A stretch of 64,000 bases of DNA from Phoronis australis (taxonomy: Eukaryota; Animalia; Phoronida). The notes beneath the pieces are model-generated. The model was not told the origin of the DNA. It was given only the letters and a program-made list of their open reading frames with translations, and did no database searches. The stretch lies in contig NMRA01000200.1 in the NCBI GenBank assembly GCA_002633005.1, positions 530,527 to 594,526 on the forward strand. Reading direction: 5' to 3'. Below, piece after piece: positions 60,207-64,000 of the stretch (position 1 is the first letter of the stretch; each line of letters opens with the position of its first letter). The position numbers and the translations under genes are program-made.

Positions 60207-63200
60207 CTAGACAAATTACAGTATTTATTGTTAGTGTTTGGGAAATAAATAGTTCAAACAATTACACATAGTCAATGTTGGCTTATTTGATGATGAAATA
60301 ATTTTAAAAATGCTGTTTCTTTCATTTTACACAATCAGTTGCAATAACAAACAATTTCTCAAATGAGTCAAACTTTGTCATAACGTACATTAGAGGATAC
60401 AATCTGCCTGTTATAACAATAACGGGTAGACTCATTTGCTGTTTGAATGACCCATTTGCCATTGAAGTTTTTACAAATAGCACATCCCAGGCCATAGATT
60501 CATGGGATACGAGTCCTCTAATACAACATCTAGATAGTGTTGTGCAGGCGATCGTAAGGTAACCCAGCAGTAACTGAATATGGATGGATGCTACCTGTCA
60601 CCTCATATCTATGATAAACTGAACTGAGCTGCTTGTAATACTACTAAATAAAATGCAATCTCTACAGATCACATTGCTATTGTCTGAGTGTGATGCTTGT
60701 AATAACTTACCTATAAAGAGTTTACCATCAGTGTCCAGCATGGTTGCACCAATCTTTGACACATCAGTGACAGGGGATTTATTGTCAACCATCAAATTAG
60801 CTTTGCGGCGGTTCCTACAAGATACAGTTGACACAAATGTACACACATAACACACCTGGGCCGGGTGGAAATTCACTGCCGTTCTGAAACTTAATGAAGG
60901 GACAAATTGCATGATGCAAACACAATAACCCACACACGGGCTACCTTATCATGTCTCTTCCCTAATAATTCCAAATTGTGTCTTAACCATGTGCCTGTCA
61001 GTTGCCGGTAAGGAATGTTATATTCAGTGTAACCTAACTGCAAGCGAAAAGTTAGGATTTATTGCAAAAACTGAATTTTCTTCTTACTAAGCAAAACAAG
61101 AGCTATGCTGAGCGTTAATATGCATAACTGTGTGCATTGCAAATGGTTAGGAGTGGTCATTGTTTTCATCAAATGTTTGCATGGTAGTCCGATTCATCAG
61201 AAAATCAACATCTGTTATCTCTGCCTCATTAGGAACACTTATGTCAAATTCCAAGTAGAACCATCAAAGAGTTTGGTTGATATTAAGACAGACACAATAC
61301 ACAATTTGGCACTATGGGTGTCGCAGAAGTCAGACCTATACTAAAACCAACAACAGTATGCTTTACTAAATAGGAACAAATTTCAAGGAGACCCATTACA
61401 GAACTTGGCAGACACTGAGGCATATGCAGACACGAAATTGCCAAAAAGGAGCACCACAGTGGTTGGACCTGTCAAAAGTCAGCACCAGATGTGCTTTCCT
61501 CAATAGGAACATATCTGCCACCGATAAATTTAGGCATAAGAACTAAGTAGCTCCAACCAAGCACAGTTAATAATTGCGTCTGTCAAAAATCAACAGCAGC
61601 CTTACTCTCCTCATTAGGATACCAAATGCCAAATTTCATAAAGATCTGTTGAACTTTAAAGATAATGAGGCAGACACCGTGGAAACTAAAATTGCCATTA
61701 GGGGGCACCACAATAAATCTGTTTGATAATAACTATTCTCTGCTCAACAAGAACACATCTGCAAAAAATAAAGACAAAAATAATACAGATGGTTACTAGA
61801 AGGTCAAAGCTGTCGGAAACAAAACTAATGCTGCCGTCTTCTGCTCTGAAACGTATTCGTAAAATTTCAAGGGTATTGGAGGAAAATGCAAAGAAAAGAT
61901 AAAGTGCTATTAATAGTGGAATGTGAGTAGTCCAACTGGTCGGCCATGCTCTCCTCAATATAAAGACATACACTACATTTCAGGACGATACATCAATGAA
62001 TTTAATTGAAACTGAGGCTGACACAAAAAATTGCCACTGGTGGGGCCAGTCATCAGATATTTTAGAAGGAAAATTTCTAAGGAAGAGCTTATCAGGTAAA
62101 CTTGGCCCAGCTATGAAAATTTAACCTCAAGAGTTTTTCAGCCTAGTATATGATATAATTCAATGAGTAAAAAGTCACGAAAACTACAATATTTTTGAAA
62201 AAAAAATGGTACAAGGTGTAAGCTATGTGTTAGTTTTGGAAGATGAAAATAGAAGTTTTTTGGACAATGAATCTTTTTGTAAAAAAAATTTGTTTAAAGT
62301 TATGAAATTTGAAACGCTCGGTTTAGGCCGCCAACTTCAAGTACCAAGATTTGGTTGCCACAGTGTAGTTAAACTGGCAAATAGTGACGAGACAATTTCC
62401 AACATGTAAAAAATAAAATTGCCACTAGGGGGCAGAGCAGCAGGTGGAGCCATCCAAAAAATATCACCATTCATTGCCTACTTCACACAAACACATTCAT
62501 ATTTCACAGCCATCACGGAAATATGCACCGCATAAAAATACAAATTTCAAGAAACTTTTAACTTAAAAGTTGTGTTTTGGTGGGGTGTAAAAATCACGAT
62601 AGTTTTATGACCCCTTCTAACTGGTGCTACAACAAAGTCTTAACTTCAGAGCATCAGTTGCTTGTGAGTAAAGCTTGCTCACCTAGTGATGTGCACTTTA
62701 TGCCACTTGCCATCATTGACACGTACACCAGAACGTAGTATATGTAGATTGGCGGCTGACTGCATGCCCAAATTGTAGGACAACTCCAGTCGACCACCTA
62801 CAACAGCCAAAGTCAAGTAGTCACCCGAGACGGAGTTGGACTTGTGTATTATTAACAGTAGGCCATTCTGGGATGATGTCTTGAAGCGCAGGCTTATATC
62901 ATTCCTTGTTTCACTGTTCTTTCTAAAAGAGAGGAACAAAAGAAATGAGAAGGCAAAAATTAAATAATTTGAAAAGTAGAATCTATGGAGAATCCTTAAT
63001 AAGGACTGAGTAAACACATTAAGGAAGCTGACAAAGATCAACTTCTGTTGCACAGTACTTGAGTACCAGGTAGGAGCCAGCTGTATTACCAGATGTTCAC
63101 AGTTATATAGCTGACATAAGAGCTCACCTTTGAATGCCAAGGTTATTGTATTACAACCATATAGAACCATCAAACTTAACATACTCATAGTTATATAGCT

Positions 63201-63954
63201 GACACACGAGCTCACCTCTGAATGCCTAGGTTACTGTATTCCAACCATGTAGAACCATCGAACTTAACATACTCATAGTTATATAGCTGACACACGAGCT
63301 CACCTTTGAATGCCAAGGTTACTGTATTCCAACCATGTAGAACCATCGAACTTAACATACTCATAGTTATATAGCTGACACACGAGCTCACCTTTGAATG
63401 CCAAGGTTACTGTATTCCAACCATGTAGAACCATCAAACTTAACATACTCATAGTTATATAACTGACATAAGAGCTCACCTCTGTATGCCTAGGTTACTG
63501 TATTCCAACCATGTAGAACCATCAAACTTGATAGGACTGTTGCCATCAACGCCATCAGAAACTAAAAGAGTAACAAGATGGCGGTCACCATGTTCAGTTT
63601 GAAAAGCAAATTACATGAAAATGTAACAATTCTATTTACTCAACTTTCTTTAGCAGGTCGCCCACAACTCTGTGACACTAAATGCGATAACTACCTGTGA
63701 TTATTATCATTCCCGATGACTATAAAGGCTGTTCATAAATCAGTTATTTAACAGTATGATAACTTACTCAGGTCACAATGCATTCCACTAAACCCATCAG
63801 TACACCTGCAATCATATTTATCCAACATTGGAACACATAGACCACCATTTGAGCAGGAACTCTTTGAACATGGTTCGCCTCTGTACGTCTCTACTTTGGC
63901 CAAGCCAGTGGCACCATCTCTTAGATCTTCTATCCATTTTCCATTGATGTAAAA
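60055..63954 (-). CDS. AGRN: Agrin C-terminus (end of LG2, EGF, LG3), spliced, continues beyond the window
   Basis: Minus-strand exons 63954-63768, 63561-63480, 62922-62683, 60814-60711, 60206-60055 are phase-consistent. EGF (PCSKSSCSNGGLC..YDCRC..GFSGMHC), then FDGSTWLEYSN, DYLTLAVVGGRLELSYNLG, GATMLDTDGKLFIGG, GFRGCI. Closest recalled match is agrin LG3 (GATQLDTDGALWLGG); other LamG proteins were not excluded by search. Confidence 0.88.
60711..60814 (-). CDS. AGRN: Agrin LG3 exon
   Basis: NRRKANLMVD...GATMLDTDGKLFI, 104 nt. Confidence 0.9.
61095..62538 (-). mobile_element. Diverged DINE-1/HINE-like element on the minus strand
   Basis: aacaagagc...gcgtt at 61095 is the reverse complement of the family 3' end; gcataaaaa at 62530-62538 is the 5' end; aaattgccactagggggc-type cores in between. 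Confidence 0.7.
62683..62922 (-). CDS. AGRN: Agrin LG3 exon
   Basis: KNSETRNDISLRFKT...VNDGKWHKVHIT, 240 nt. Confidence 0.9.
63101..63529 (-). repeat. 88-bp tandem repeat (~5 units) made of an agrin exon 3' half plus 5' splice site
   Basis: Minus-strand unit aag-tttgatggttctacatggttggaatacagtaaccttggcattcaaag|gtgagctc...; exon-end positions at 63480, 63392, 63304, 63216, 63128. Confidence 0.93.
63480..63561 (-). CDS. AGRN: Agrin 82-nt exon (ISDGVDGNSPIKFDGSTWLEYSNLGIQR)
   Basis: ctcttttag acceptor, gtgagc donor; needed to bridge phase 1 to phase 2; absent from the ORF track. Confidence 0.85.
63768..63954 (-). CDS. AGRN: Agrin exon (LG2 end + EGF)
   Basis: ttcag acceptor, gtaagt donor, 187 nt. 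Confidence 0.88.
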
Positions 63955-64000
63955 CTGAAGCGAAAAGAAACCAGATTGCTGAGATTTCCACACAATTCAA

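Noticed and set aside
62923-63215. N-terminal part of the 178-aa ORF as coding sequence
   Set aside because: Intron read-through; homology to LG3 begins only after the acceptor at 62922.
63128-63438. Repeat units as in-frame cassette exons equivalent to z8/z11 inserts
   Set aside because: The AG-to-GT pieces are 47 nt (frameshifting), lack a polypyrimidine tract and are separated by only 41 nt.

Overview
Eukaryotic, AT-rich, intron-containing genomic DNA. The gene content (agrin, synaptotagmin-7) indicates an animal, probably an invertebrate; the species cannot be called from sequence alone. Three spliced protein-coding genes were reconstructed by hand with consistent GT-AG junctions and phases. 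(1) NSUN5 rRNA m5C methyltransferase on +: 7 coding exons at 5334-15155, first coding exon not found. (2) Synaptotagmin-7 on +: 7 coding exons at 40465-56096, about 431 aa. (3) The 3' end of agrin on -: 5 exons from 63954 down to 60055, convergent with Syt7. The rest is transposon-derived or tandemly repeated: a decayed RTE-type LINE, seven copies of a DINE-1/HINE (Helentron-associated)-like element, Penelope-like relics with inverted ends and hammerhead-like motifs, a THAP-transposase pseudogene, several MITEs (one CAC-ended with a 5-bp TSD) and many minisatellites. Most notable: an 88-bp array that multiplies an agrin exon end plus its 5' splice site at the position of the vertebrate z/B splice site; HINE elements carrying ~150-bp-phased CTCF-consensus motifs, with every intronic copy sense to its host gene; and a ~200-bp Penelope hairpin with a hammerhead-like motif next to a Syt7 exon. 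There are no CRISPR arrays or prokaryotic systems. All family assignments rest on motif recognition, not database searches.
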